From positions 59,024,001 through 59,088,000 of the forward strand of contig NC_043013.1 of the NCBI RefSeq assembly GCF_006345805.1: DNA of 64,000 nucleotides. Reading direction: 5' to 3'. The DNA is from Octopus sinensis. Its lineage: Eukaryota. This document shows, in pieces, positions 49,800 to 62,779 of this stretch (position 1 is its first letter; each line of letters begins with the position of its first letter). The position numbers and the translations under genes are program-made. The notes under the pieces were generated by a model that did not search any database, was not told the origin of the DNA, and saw only the letters and a list, made by a program, of their open reading frames with translations.

Positions 49800-50012
49800 T
49801 TGCTACATTCAACTCCACAGACACAAACACATACAAACACACACACATACAACTGTTTTTTTTTTCAGTTTCCATTTACTAAATCCACTCACAAGGCTTT
49901 GGCCGACCCAAGGCTATAGTAGAAGACACTTGCCTGAGGTGCCATACAGTGGAACTGAACCTGGAACAACGTGCTTGGGAAGCAAACTTCTTGCCACACA
50001 GTCATGCCTACA
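49800..50012 (-). mobile_element. SINE family A, 5' half
   Basis: Matches the family-A consensus. Confidence 0.75.
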
Positions 50013-50514
50013 CCTAGTTGATAGAATTTTTTATATATTTACTGCGACTTGAAACTTTATTAAAATTTCTAAAGAAATCAAAGGGAACTGTTGCTACCAT
50101 TTGTAAAAGAACCCTTCCATACCACTGCCCCAAGTAATGGCCACAATTAACATACCACTGCCCCAATTAACAGAATTCATTGAGAAGTCCTCCACATAAC
50201 TTTATGCATCATCAAATGAGGTTCAGCCCACTTTAGAACACCTATCTACCATGCTACTTAAGATTGACAGAATTTGAACTGTCAGGTGGGTTTTACAACT
50301 GTAAAACTTTGAATAGTACAGATTCAGGTCACAAGCCATAAGAAATTTATTTTACTTCCACAACATATGTTGCATATTTTTTTTTTTTGTTTACGCACCT
50401 ATCTGCATAAACACATATATACATACTCATATATGTATGTATGTATGTATGTATGGATGGATGGATGTATGGTATGTATGTATGTATGTATGTATGTTTG
50501 CATGTATGCATGTA

Positions 50515-50562
<48 letters not shown>

Positions 50563-50566
50563 TGTA

Positions 50567-50597
<31 letters not shown>

Positions 50598-50612
50598 GTA
50601 TGTATGCATGTA

Positions 50613-50646
<34 letters not shown>

Positions 50647-50889
50647 AATACACACACACACATGCACACATATATATACACACATACATACTATAAATGT
50701 ATGTATGGATGGATGGATGGATGTATGGTATGTATGTATGTATGTTTGCATGTATGCATGTATGTGTGTGTGTGTGTATATATTTATATATATATATACA
50801 CACACACACACATGCACACATATATATACACACATACATACCTATAAATATTTGTGTGTATGTATGTGTGTATATATAATATATATATA

Positions 50890-50924
<35 letters not shown>

Positions 50925-51119
50925 GGATATTGTCAGACACAAGTCTTCCAGGTCAGGGTCAATTTAGTGCTGAAGAACAACTGTAATCTCAATGCATACT
51001 TGTGTAAAAGCACTGATGTGCAACATAGGAAGTGTTGTAAGATGACATGAACATACATACATACATATATATATGTATATGTGTGTGTGTATGCATATAT
51101 ATATACAAATATATATGTA

Positions 51120-51345
51120 TGCCAGTACCGCTTGACTGGCCCTTGTGCCGATGGCACATAAAAGCAACCACTATACTCTCAGAGTGGTTGGCATTAGGAA
51201 GGTCATCCAGCTGTAGAAACCTTGCCAGATCATATTGGAGACTGGTGCAGCCTTCTAACTTGCCGGCCCTCAGTTAAACCGTCCAACCCATGCCAGCATG
51301 GAAAGCAGACGTTAAAAGATGATGATGATGATGAAGATGATGTTA
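51120..51345 (+). mobile_element. RTE 3' UTR fragment with (GAT)n tail
   Basis: As for 58457-59135. Confidence 0.8.
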
Positions 51346-51970
51346 TATACACATGCACACACCCGTGATGAAGAGTGACTTGGAAAAACCAGGGTATGCA
51401 GTCTGTGATGCAGGTCAATCACCAAGGTTGATAGTGGGGCAGTGGTGGCTTACTCTACCCACCCCAGAAAAGTATTCCGCCACCCATCTGTGATTGTGAT
51501 GTGAAGTAATTTTAATGTGAGATAATGCACTTCTACCAACAGGCTATGCTTCAAGCATGATACTCTTCTCCACTTGACTTGATATACCCCATTAACTTGC
51601 CATGGTGACCATTATTGTCTACAAGAGAAATATGAGAAAATAATAAACCCTACAAATACTAAGCCCTTTAAAATTTTTATTTATAAATCAGTTCAATTCT
51701 TTGGTTCATTTTGGTAAATTTATCCATTGCTTTGATATAAAATATATCAGTACCACACACTACCTTCATCTTCTTCAAAAGGTCTTTATTCATGGAAATG
51801 AAGACCCAATTACTCAATTTCTCTTTACTTGGGGTTTACAAGACTATGCTTGGAATGACCAATTATAAATACCATTGGATACGTATCTCACATCTGTTTT
51901 CATTCCTCCTCTTCACTCTGTATTTCATATCTTCTCGATAATAACTATTGCTTAACCATTTTCTCGCACC

Positions 51971-52018
51971 GTCTCTGATGAAAGGATATATAAAATATCC
52001 CAGAAACAGCTGTAAGAC
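51971..52018 (+). ncRNA. Minimal type-I hammerhead ribozyme motif
   Basis: GUCU-CUGAUGA-aa-GGAUAU auaaa AUAUCC-ca-GAAA-CAGCU-GUA-AGAC; perfect 4-bp stem I, palindromic CAGCUG. Confidence 0.75.
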
Positions 52019-52899
52019 CTTTTCTTTATAAGTTCTCTGAAATCTTTCACACCCTTGGATTTTTATCTCATTCTGTTATTTTTTATATATATACGCATGC
52101 TAATATATGACCTACATTGGACTCCTCATTCACATAATCACCAAACCTGGAGCTTAACTAAAGTCTGTCCATAGCACTTACTCAGCATTACCTGACACCT
52201 TTGGGTCTTCTTGACATATAGATATATAGTCAATTCAAATAAACAAACAATTCAAATAAAAAATGAAAAAAAAATATAAAAGAGACCAATAGAATAAGTA
52301 CTAGGCTTTCAAAGAATAAGTCCTGGAGTCGATGTGCTTGACTAAAGGTAGTGCTCCAGCATGGCTGCAGTGAAATGACTGAAACAAGTAAGAGAGTAAA
52401 AGAGAAAAGAGATATTCAGATATAGAAAATAATGTTGAAATTAATATTTCCAAAAGTACATGTTAACACAATATTTTCAAAGTGATCCAACATTAAATCC
52501 AAAGTGAACCAAGGAATTATTTCCAGTACACAGACACACGCAAAAAGGAACTTTTAGAAGAAATATAATCTAAGAAAAGCTATTTTTGTATTCAACTGTT
52601 GGTGGCATCAGTGGATAATGAAAGAATAGAAAAGCTAAGTATTAAAAGTGAACATATTAAAAAGAATAGATCTAACTTTGTAGATATTGAATATATGGTT
52701 AGTATGAACATTGTTAATAATAAAGAAGAAACATGGCAGAATATTTGGTAAACAGTAGACATGGCTGCCACAGTATGCTGGTAGTGCAGGAGTTAACAAA
52801 AATGGACTTGAGAGTGCTCATGAATTAGTGTCAAGAACAGCCAACGAGAGAAGAAACCCTACTTCATATCAAATTACATGGTCAGTTCCACTGTGAAAC

Positions 52900-53745
52900 C
52901 AGCAAATTAAAAGGCTAAGATGCAGCATGGAGGTGGTTCAACAAGGATGACCTAAAAAAGAATACTGAAAGCCTAAACATCGCTGCCCAGGACCAGGCAT
53001 TGAATAACAACTCAGTGAAAAACAATACATATCAATCAAGTGCAACAGACCACTGCAGAATGTGTGGGAAGAGGGTCAAAAGTATGACTCACATTGTTAT
53101 TGCTTGTGAAAGTCTCGCACAGAAAGTGTACAAATGTAGACACGACAATGTAGCCCAAAACTTCCACTGGCTACTATGCCATAAGTATGGATTTGAGGTT
53201 ACAGGTGCTTGGTACCACCATACACTGGAAAGGGTAATGGACAAAAAGGAGAAGGTGAAAACTCTTCTGAGACTTTAACCAGACAGACAAGGTGTTAGAG
53301 CACCGAAGGCCGGTTATAACCTTTAGGAGGGACAAACAAGAGTACCTAATAATTGACATGGAAGTGCCAGGAGATCAACATATCATCACGAAAGAAAGAG
53401 AAAAGGTTGATAAATGTGGAGACCTGAGAATCGAGATCGCTAAGATGTAGCAGCTATGAGAGTCAAACATAAAGGTTATCCCTACTGTCATTGGAGCATT
53501 GGGTTCAATACCACCCAATCTGAAAAACATCTGGAAACCTAAGAAATACCCTACAATTTAGATGTATTGCAAAAGTCAGCATTACTTGGAACTGCACGTA
53601 TATTGTGTAAAGTACTGTCTGTTTGAGGTCCTTGTTGTGACTTGACACACAGTTTAAATCCCCAGTAGATACAATATCTTTAATCAACAACCTCACAATA
53701 TTGTATACTGCATGACGTCTATGATAATAATAATAATAATAATGA
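52900..53745 (+). mobile_element. 5'-truncated R4/Dong-type RLE non-LTR retrotransposon, decayed, with (TAA)n-type tail
   Basis: KNTESLNIAAQDQAL, CRMC...HIVIAC CCHC knuckle, RHDNVAQ, YLIIDMEVP, VIGALG, LQKSALLGTARIL. Confidence 0.85.
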
Positions 53746-53765
53746 TAATAATGATGATAGTGATA

Positions 53766-53827
<62 letters not shown>

Positions 53828-53840
53828 AATGATGATGATG

Positions 53841-53914
<74 letters not shown>

Positions 53915-53968
53915 AAGAAGAAGAAGAAGAAGAAGAAGAAGAAGAAGAAGAAGAAGAAGAAGAAGAAA
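53720..53968. repeat. Compound (TAA)/(TGA)/(TAA)/(GAA)n microsatellite
   Basis: Direct reading. Confidence 0.95.
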
Positions 53969-54550
53969 TGGCAAGAAAAACATCTCTATGGCAAATACCC
54001 CAAAAAGAGCTAATAGTGCCGATCTTGACAAAGTTCTTACCCATCAATGGTTTGTGGCTTCTGGCTTAAAATCAGAAACAGAAGAGTTTATCATAGCAGT
54101 TCAAGATCAATGCCTACTTACAAGAAACTACCAGGCCAACATATTAGAAAATGGGAGCTGCCCAACATGTCATGTATGTAAAGAACAAAATGAAACCATT
54201 GATCATGTTGTCTCTATGTGCAGTTTTCTTGTGCCTACAGAGTATTTCAACAGGCATGATAGAGCAGCACAATATATTCACTGGGTAATTTTCAAAAACT
54301 TGGACCTGTCCCATAACATCTCCAGTGCTTGAAAATTATCACATCTCAGTCCTCTGGAACTTTACCATTCAATCTGACAGAAAGATAGATCCAAATAGGC
54401 CAGACATTATACTGAAAGACTTCAGACAAAAATCATGCCTCCTCATTGATATGACTGTTCCAATCGATATAAATGTATCTGTCAAGATCTACCAAAAACT
54501 GAGCAAGTATAAAGATCTTGAAATAGAAATGGGAAAACTATGGAACCTTA
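53967..54550 (+). mobile_element. Second R4/Dong-type RLE fragment
   Basis: GLKSETEEFIIAVQDQCL, CHVCKEQNETIDHVVSMC, RPDIILKD...LLIDMTVP...KYKDLEIE (PD-(D/E)xK). Confidence 0.88.
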
Positions 54551-54820
54551 ACTGTATTATCAGAGTCGGAATTACTCTGATGGAACCATCAGAGTAATTC
54601 TGATGTGACTTTTGGAGTACACCATGTTGCTTTAATTTTTAATCCATGAAATTGTGACCATGTAAATTTCAAAATAAAGTATTTTCTGTTTATGGGGAAA
54701 ATGGAAAAATAAGAGTGAATATTTATTTTATGAGTGCTGTGTATTAAGTCCATAAAATTGTGCACAACATATATAAAGTATTGTAGAACAAGTAGAAGGA
54801 TATATTTTTCAACATTTATA

Positions 54821-54987
54821 GGCGCAGGAGTGGCTGTGTGGTAAGTAGCTTGCTTACCAACCACATGGTCCCAGGTACAGTCCCACTGCATGGCACCTTG
54901 GGCAAGTGTCTTCTGCTATAGCCTCAGGCTGACCAAAGCCTTGTGAGTGGATTTGGTAGACGGAAACTGGAAGAAGCCCATCGTATA

Positions 54988-55058
<71 letters not shown>

Positions 55059-55290
55059 TGTAAGTATATATGTTTGTGTGTCTGTTTGCCCCCCCCCCCC
55101 GCATTGCTTGACAACCAATGCTGGTGTGTTTACGTCCCCGTAACTTAGCGATTCGGCAAAAGAGACCAATAGAATAAGTACTAGGCTTACAAAGAATAAG
55201 CTCTGGGGTCGATTTGCTCGACTATAAAGGCGGTGCTCCAGCATGGCCACAGTCAAATTACTGAAACAGGTAAAAGAGTAAAAGAGAAAA
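54821..55290 (+). mobile_element. SINE family A, full length
   Basis: Matches the family-A consensus. Confidence 0.9.
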
Positions 55291-55298
55291 AAAGAGTA

Positions 55299-55446
55299 TG
55301 TAAATACTGACAGAACAGCATATATAGGATAAAATCTATTTAGAGCAGAAAAATTTGTTGGTTCAATCCTCACGGCTGGCTACTGACAAATTTTTTCTGC
55401 TTTAAAAGGATTTTCTTCTATATATGCTGTTTCATCAGTATTTACA
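55299..55446. repeat. Imperfect foldback hairpin, ~63-bp arms, ~19-nt loop
   Basis: TGTAAATACTGA...GCAGAAAAATTTGT versus ACAAATTTTTTCTGC...TCAGTATTTACA. Confidence 0.85.
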
Positions 55447-56039
55447 CATTGAAAAATATATCCTTTTATTATTTGTTCAACAATACATTTCAATGCTTAA
55501 AAAAACAAACTTATGTTTCTTTACATATGATGTAATTTATATAAAGTATATATAGGCACAGGCGTGGCTGTGTGGTAAGTATATAGGTTCATATATATAT
55601 ATATTCTATACACAATCACACACACCCATATATATATATTCTATATATATTATATATATATATATATATTAATCAATTTAGGGTAGCAAAAAATTCAGTA
55701 AAATTCAGTACACACATGGAACCACATCATCCTGCCATACATACACAGTGCTTAGCATTTCCTGATCAAGACAGCTGATACCAAGCGTTTACGTGTAAAG
55801 AAAATCAATTATATACATCTTAGTGTTGTGTCATATGTCTTTCACAAATGCACACAATCAGACACACTCACACACATATATATGTACATATATTTATTTA
55901 TACATACATATATATATACACACATATATATTATATATATAATAATCATAGGCATAACACACAAGTGAGTAAGACCTAATAACTTGTATGATTCTTTCAC
56001 TAATTGTTTGTGACAACAACACAATCATAACAGCAGACA

Positions 56040-56250
56040 CTGACACCTTCTCAGCACATTCTTCTTTTAAATCATTGGATCAATGAATCGGTGACCGCCA
56101 CAGGGAGGGAGAGCTACACCAACACACAGTAGGCACTGGAGCAACATGAAATGAAATGCATTGCTCAAGGGTATAATAACATGTTACTTGGCCTAGAAAT
56201 TGAACCAACAACCTATGATCGATAGCTTAACATCCTAACGACTAGGCCAT
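56040..56250 (-). mobile_element. Degenerate tRNA-derived SINE (further family)
   Basis: TGGCCTAGTCGTTAGG A-box, GGTTCAATTTC B-box, CCTTGAGCAA core-like segment. Confidence 0.6.
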
Positions 56251-56259
56251 GAACCTTCA

Positions 56260-56660
56260 GGTCATCATCATTTAACATCCACTGTCCATTTGGCATGGGT
56301 TGTACAGTTTGACTGGGCTGACATGCTGGAAGGCTACACCAGATTCCAGCCTGATGTGGTTTTCTACAGCTGAATGGTTTTCTAGGTTTTCTACGGCTTG
56401 ATGGTTTTCTATGGCTGGATGCCCTTCCTAATGTGAATAACTCCAAGAGTGTAATGGGTGTTTTTATGTGCCACTAGCACGGGTACCATTTGCATGATAC
56501 CAAGGTGTATTTATGCACCACCGACACGGGTGCCAATTTGCATGACACCAGTATCTGACACAACTGCAATTTTACTCATCTTGATGGGTCTTCTTCTCAA
56601 GCATAACATAATGCCAAAGGTCTTGGTCATTGCCCCCATGAGGCCCAACACTTCTCATGC
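56260..56660 (-). mobile_element. RTE 3' fragment, divergent subfamily
   Basis: Includes the ORF end (GGCCTCATGGGGGCAATGACC...GACCTTTGG) and a (GAT)n tail. Confidence 0.7.
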
Positions 56661-56664
56661 ACAG

Positions 56665-57210
56665 CATACTTCAGCAGGACAAGTGAGACCATAACCTGTG
56701 GCCTCTACCTGGGATGTAGCCAGTCCACTTATGCATACCTTTCCTTCTTGGGACACAAAACTCTACTTGTGAAGACCTGTTGAGGCAAGTGAAAATTGAA
56801 ATCGATCAAAATCAATGGAAATTGTAGTTGTGATACTAGTGCCGGTGGCACATAAAAGAACCATCCAAACGTGGCTGTTGCCAGTGCCGCTCCGACTGGC
56901 CTCCGTGCCGGTGGCACATAAAAAGCACCATCCGATCATATCCATTGCAAGCCTCGTCTGGGCCTCTGTGCCGGTGGCACAAAAAAGCACTATCCGATCA
57001 TGGCTGTTCCAGCCTCGTCTGGCACGTAAAAAGCACCCACTACACTCACAGAGTGGTTGGCGTTAGGAAGGGCATCCAGCTGTAGAAACACTGCCAGATC
57101 AGACTGGGCCTGGTGCAGCCTTCTGGCTTCCCAGACCCCAGTTGAACTGTCCAATCCATGCTAGCATGGAAAGCAGATGCTAAATGATGATGATGATGAT
57201 GATGATGATG
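56665..57210 (+). mobile_element. RTE 3' UTR with (GAT)n tail
   Basis: CAGGACAAGTGAG ORF end followed by subrepeats, homologous to 58445-59135. Confidence 0.85.
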
Positions 57211-57314
57211 AATATACTGCAAAGTATCAAAGTATATTAAAGGCTTATAAGTCAGTACTGTAGCGATAACTTTAAAAAGTAATCAATGATATATATATAT
57301 ATATATATATAGAC

Positions 57315-57447
<133 letters not shown>

Positions 57448-57664
57448 TGTATGTATATATAAGGAGTAAATGTAAGGATAGACAAGTTAACTCCTTAAAT
57501 ACGTTTAATATAAAAAATGTAGATATGTTTACATATAAAAGGGTCTGACTTACACAATGAAAATGATATCAGGAATTAAATTGATTCCATCATCAGATGA
57601 TAGATTCTTTATCATTGGATAAAGATTCTTTAATCTCCTTTCTGTAAACACCTCATATGTAAAA

Positions 57665-57975
57665 TTCTTCCCTGAGGACAGAGGCTGGTATTATCCAATG
57701 ATGGAATCAATTTGCTATCATTATTTTGAACCATCAAGCCCCCAGAAACAGCTGTCCGACTTGTAAAACTCTTATTCGACCCCTTTAATTCCTATCATTT
57801 CTGTTCTGTGTAAGTTGGACCTTTTTATATGTAAACATATGAACCTTTTTTGTATTAAATGTATTTAATATATTTTGTATACTGACTTGCCTAACTTGCT
57901 TACCCTTATATTTACTGCTCAAATTTAAACCTCTTGAGCACTATGAAGTGTATTCTGTATGAAGAATATCTGTCT
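57665..57975 (+). mobile_element. Short hammerhead-bearing element (homologous to 31788-32480)
   Basis: CUGAGGA-ca-GAGGCUGGU...ACCaucaAGCCCC-ca-GAAACAGCUGUC. Confidence 0.65.
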
Positions 57976-58054
57976 GATCATCATCATTTAATTTCCACTT
58001 TCCATGCTGGCATGGGTTGGACTCATTTATGAACATATCATCAGCATCGTTATC

Positions 58055-58190
58055 GTTTAACGTCCGCTTCCCATGCTAGCATGGGTTGGACAATTTGACT
58101 GAGGACTGGCGAACCAGATGGTTGCACCAGGCTCCAGTCTTGATCTGGCAGAGTTTCTACAGCTGGATCCCCTTCCTAATGCTGACCCCT
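58055..58190 (-). mobile_element. RTE 3'-end fragment
   Basis: Reverse complement of the tail, subfamily as at 32230-32350. Confidence 0.8.
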
Positions 58191-58194
58191 TCGA

Positions 58195-59135
58195 GGACCT
58201 AAGAAGCATCAGCTGTGCTGTGCAAGAGAGACGATTGCGCTGGTATGATCATGTGGCGAGAATAGATGAAGATAGATGTGTGTAAAAGTGCCAATCCCTA
58301 GCGGCTGAGGGAACCCGTGGAAGAGGTAGACCCAGGAAAACCTGGGATGAGGTGGTGAAGCACGACCTTCGAACTTTAGGCCTCACCGAGGCAATGGCTA
58401 GTGACCGAGACCTTTGGAAATATGCTGTGTGTGAGAAGACCCGGCAGGACAAGTGAGTCCATCCCATGTCCTTTGCGAGGGATGTAGCCAGCCCACTTAT
58501 GCATGCCTTTCCTTCTTTGGACACGCGAAGGCAAGCGAAGTCGAAATCGAACCTCATCCAACGACTTACACACATGCCAACCTCCCGTCATTGGACACTA
58601 AACTCTGCTTGTGAAGACCTGTTGGGGCAAGTGAAATCAGAATCGAAATTGAACCAATCCTATGACTGGCACCCGGCAGTTGCCAGTGCCGCTGGACTGA
58701 CTCCTGAGCAGGTGGCAAGTAAAGAAACACCGTTTTGACCCTGTGCTTGAGGAGATCCATTGCGTCAAGTACACCAACATCAAAAATCAATGGAAACTGC
58801 AGTTGTGATCCCTGTGCTGGTGGCACGTAAAAAGAACCATCCGAACGTGGCCGATGCCAGTGCCACCTTGACTGGCTTCCGTGCCGGTGGCATGTAAAAA
58901 GCACCAACTGATTGTGGCCGTTGCCAGCCTCGCCTGGCACCTATGCCGGTGGCACGTAAAAAGCACCCACTACACTCACGGAGTGGTTGGCATTAGGAAG
59001 AGCATCCAGCTGTAGAAACACTGCCAGATCAGACTGGGCCTGGTGCAGCCTTCTGGCTTCCCAGATCCCCGGTCGAACCGTCCAACTCATGCTAGCATGG
59101 AAAACGGATGTTAAACGATGATGATGATGATGATG
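58195..59135 (+). mobile_element. 5'-truncated RTE LINE: ORF C-terminus plus ~680-nt 3' UTR and (GAT)n tail
   Basis: VQERRLRWYDHVARIDEDRCV*KC...EGTRGRGRPRKTWDEVVKHDL...DRDLWK; stop at 58454-58456. Confidence 0.92.
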
Positions 59136-59606
59136 TGTGGCAGGGAGATGAATTGCTGCTATTTCTAGCAGTCAAGCATCCATTATTGATAAGACAAAGG
59201 AAAGTCGAAATCACATGACCTGGTCCTCTTGGGGCTGGAGATGGTGGAGATTTATCTCCCAGCTAACAATATAAACAGAAGTGCATGGAAGATGGACATT
59301 AAATGATGATGCTGTTGATGATGTGTGGATATATATATATATGAGTGAGTGGTCAAATGAAAGAAAGGACACTCAATATTATTAGGAGTTACATGTATTG
59401 TTCAAAATAGTTTAATTCCAATTCCGTGCTACTTCAAGTTTTCCATGGGATCCGAATAATATACATGTATATATATTTTATATATACACATTAACACTAA
59501 CACATATACAATGTATATAAAATTTCTGTTAAAAAAATTATCCTCTATTTTCTGTACTGAAATCTCTACTTTGTTACATATAAATGTATTTTATATAGAT
59601 TTAATA

Positions 59607-59717
<111 letters not shown>

Positions 59718-61914
59718 GTGTTGGTGTGTATAATCTGTGTGTGTGTGCATACATGCATGTGCGCATGACTGCAGTTTCAAGTTTTGCTTTAACGACGTAT
59801 TCCAATGGTTTAATAAGCTGTTTAATCAAATTATCTAAACAATATCACACTTCAGTAAATGTTGTTGTTTTCTACAAGTTGACTAATAATCAAAAAAAAA
59901 AAAAAAGAAAAATACACATACGTGTGATGTACATACATATATTTGTGTGTCTACACACATGTGGATTTTTTGGCAGAAACTGAAAGAAGCCTCTGTGTGT
60001 GTGTGTGTATGTGCATGTATTTTTGTTCTCAAGCCTCTGTTTGACAACTGTTATAAAATGTGTGGTATATATATATTATTATATATATATATCTAAATAT
60101 ATATATATATATATGCATCTATACAGATGTATATCATCATCTTCTTAACAACCATCATCATCGTCATATATGTATGCATATATATATACACATATATATA
60201 AGTGCTTCTGTTTTACTGTTGGACAAAGCTTAATTTTTTTAAAAATATGTATTTTGTATTTCTTTAATCTGTTGATTGTATATTAAATAAATCGTTTGAA
60301 ATGTACCATTTGTAGCTGTTTCTTTCCGTTAATTTCTGGATTTCATATCAGCATAATTTCTATCCTATACATATACCTATTCTATTGGAAAACAATAAAG
60401 GTGCCTCTTCCTGTTTGCTTGATCTGCTAAAATTCACAGCTGAATCTCTCAAATCTCTCCTTTGTGTATTTAATAATGTAAAGATATATTTTTCATAATA
60501 TAGTCATAGGGAGATTATGTTGATTAAAGATAGGGTTGTCATGGCTGTAATGGTGTTGATGTCATGGCTGTAATAGTTATATACCATGATTATACCAACT
60601 TGCCTGGGTTACCTCTGGTTTTGTAATATAAGTCTCATGTAAATTTATGTTCCAAATACCAGCTTTATAAGGATAAAATTATCTCAATAAATTGCAGTGT
60701 AACATGATTTTTGTCCTTCGGTAGCAACTGTTATTTCCCATTTGCTTACCCCTAGAAAGTATGAAAAATGGTAAATATTTCCTTCAAACTTGGCTTTTGT
60801 TACATTTATTTAAACCCCAAACAATCCGACTACTCCTGCTCATAATCAGAGATGCACGTATTGTCAGAAGCTAAGGGACATGCTCAAGTAATTAAGGTCA
60901 AGCAACTGAGAAACAAATCTGTGGTATTCAGCAAAATATTTGCTATAATGATATTTCTGCTTCAGCAACTCAGTGTTGAATCTCAGAAATGTAATGGAAA
61001 ATAAGTCAATTTCAAAACATTGATGTCCAGGTCACAAACACAAAGTTTGAAGGGAATAGTAGTCACTTCCTTTGATTTCTAGATAGAAGCAAATAGGAAA
61101 TAACACTTTCTGACCAAAGACAAAAAAAAAAATAAAAACTTTGTTACACAGTATTATTATTTTTCAATGTAAACTATTCAGGCGTGTTTCTCTGATATTA
61201 GGGAGTCTTTCCAGGAGGTGCTATTCTCCAGATTGTGATATCACAGCTCCAGTGTTATGGACATGTTAGATTGTGAAATAGATTTCTCAAGCCAAGCCAA
61301 CTGGCCGGAGACCTTAGGGGATAATATCCAATGTCTCAGTCGGTCACACTCCGGAATCCAGCAGAAAATGTAATTATGGTTGCTTCTGATAGGACCCTGT
61401 GAAGGAGGAGGTGTCTGGGAACTCTACCCCAACAACCTTCACAGGAATAGAGGGCAACAAAAATGAATGTGTTCATTATTTTAAAAATGAATTGTATTTT
61501 GACAGAGATACGGTAACTCAAAGTTTGATGAAGGGTTATCTAGATCTAAATAATAAAGGCCCATTCTATTGTATTACAACAGACAATAGTTACAAGAATG
61601 TATCTATTAAATTGTAGACGATACACTAGGGTACAAGGATCTTAACCGTTTAATTATACAGATTCATGTCAAAACATGTAAAACTGGTAAGAAAAACCTG
61701 TAAAAATTTATATTTGTAAAATAGAATTTTTGTTCTCTTTTTAAAACAGTATAACAACCAGTTTTGTTTATTGCCAAGGTCTGTCTCTTGGCACACTTTT
61801 GCCAAATCACTTAGTGATAAACTCTTGTCTGTAAAAAGGTTAATTGACCAAAACAGGAACAGACTTGATTTGCCAAAGTTGATAGCTTATATTTCTGACC
61901 TGCAATATTATTCT

Positions 61915-62300
61915 TTGAATGTAAGGTGGCATTTCATCTCTGTCATTATGTTCCGAGTTCAAATTCAGTTTGCCTTCAATCCTTTCGGGGTTGGTAAAAT
62001 AAGTACCAGCTGAACACTGGGGTTGATGTAATCTACTCACATCCACCCCCAAAATTGCTGGCCTTGTGTCAAAATTTAAAACCAATAATATTTTTGGAAT
62101 GTAAGGTGGCAGGCTGGCAGAATTGTTAGCATGCCAGGCAAAATGTTTTGTGGAATTTTCCTGTCATTACATTCTGTGTTCAAATTCTGCTGAGGTTGAC
62201 TTTGTGTTTCATCCTCTGTGTACCAGCTGAATGTAATTGACTTAGCCCCTCCCCTAAAACTGCTGGCCTTGTGCCAAAATTTGAAGCCTGTATTATTTTT
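61915..62300 (+). mobile_element. Two adjacent SINE family B copies
   Basis: B-box plus conserved body at ~61955 and ~62175. Confidence 0.75.
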
Positions 62301-62779
62301 TGAATGCATTAGCATTAAAAACAATTACAAAACAAAACCAAAATGACAACATATAAATTGTCTTTTCTCTGTAAAACCAAACTGCACTGGAGACATTCTT
62401 GAGAAGAAAACACACTATTGTTAAGAATGTGTGGTGCAAGAGACTCTAAAATTCACCCTTCCTGACCGTCATCTATGACACTGATGATAATGTTCCACTG
62501 ATGATAAAGATTCCCAAGGCCTCACATTTTGGTTAGTGTGGCATACTGTGTCACTAGAAGAAACTGAGATACAATGAAAGAATTCTCATATTTTGTTCAT
62601 CACATTTTTTTAAAAATATAAACTCTATAGACACAAAGGGATTCATGAAGTAAATCCAGTGGCATATATACTGTCCAACTGTTGTTGACATCAGGTGGCT
62701 GAATATTGTGAATGTGCTTTAAACAGTATACCAACAATATACTACAAGATGTCTACCCAAATATAAAAATATTACTTAT

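Noticed and set aside
53505-54332. 206-aa poly-I/M/R ORF and overlapping poly-S/Y/H ORFs
   Set aside because: Trinucleotide tract read in frame into a dead R4/Dong fragment
58055-58200. Head-to-head RTE pieces suggesting a twin-priming inversion
   Set aside because: The two tails belong to different subfamilies, so independent insertions are more likely
58800-58980. Palindromic repeat with intervening sequences resembling a CRISPR array
   Set aside because: The spacers are homologous to each other, the block is a LINE 3' UTR, and the context is eukaryotic
61236-61238. In-frame TGA as possible selenocysteine (and Naiad-type selenoprotein PLEs)
   Set aside because: No SECIS or homology seen; both PLEs here have C-terminal endonucleases and no in-frame TGA
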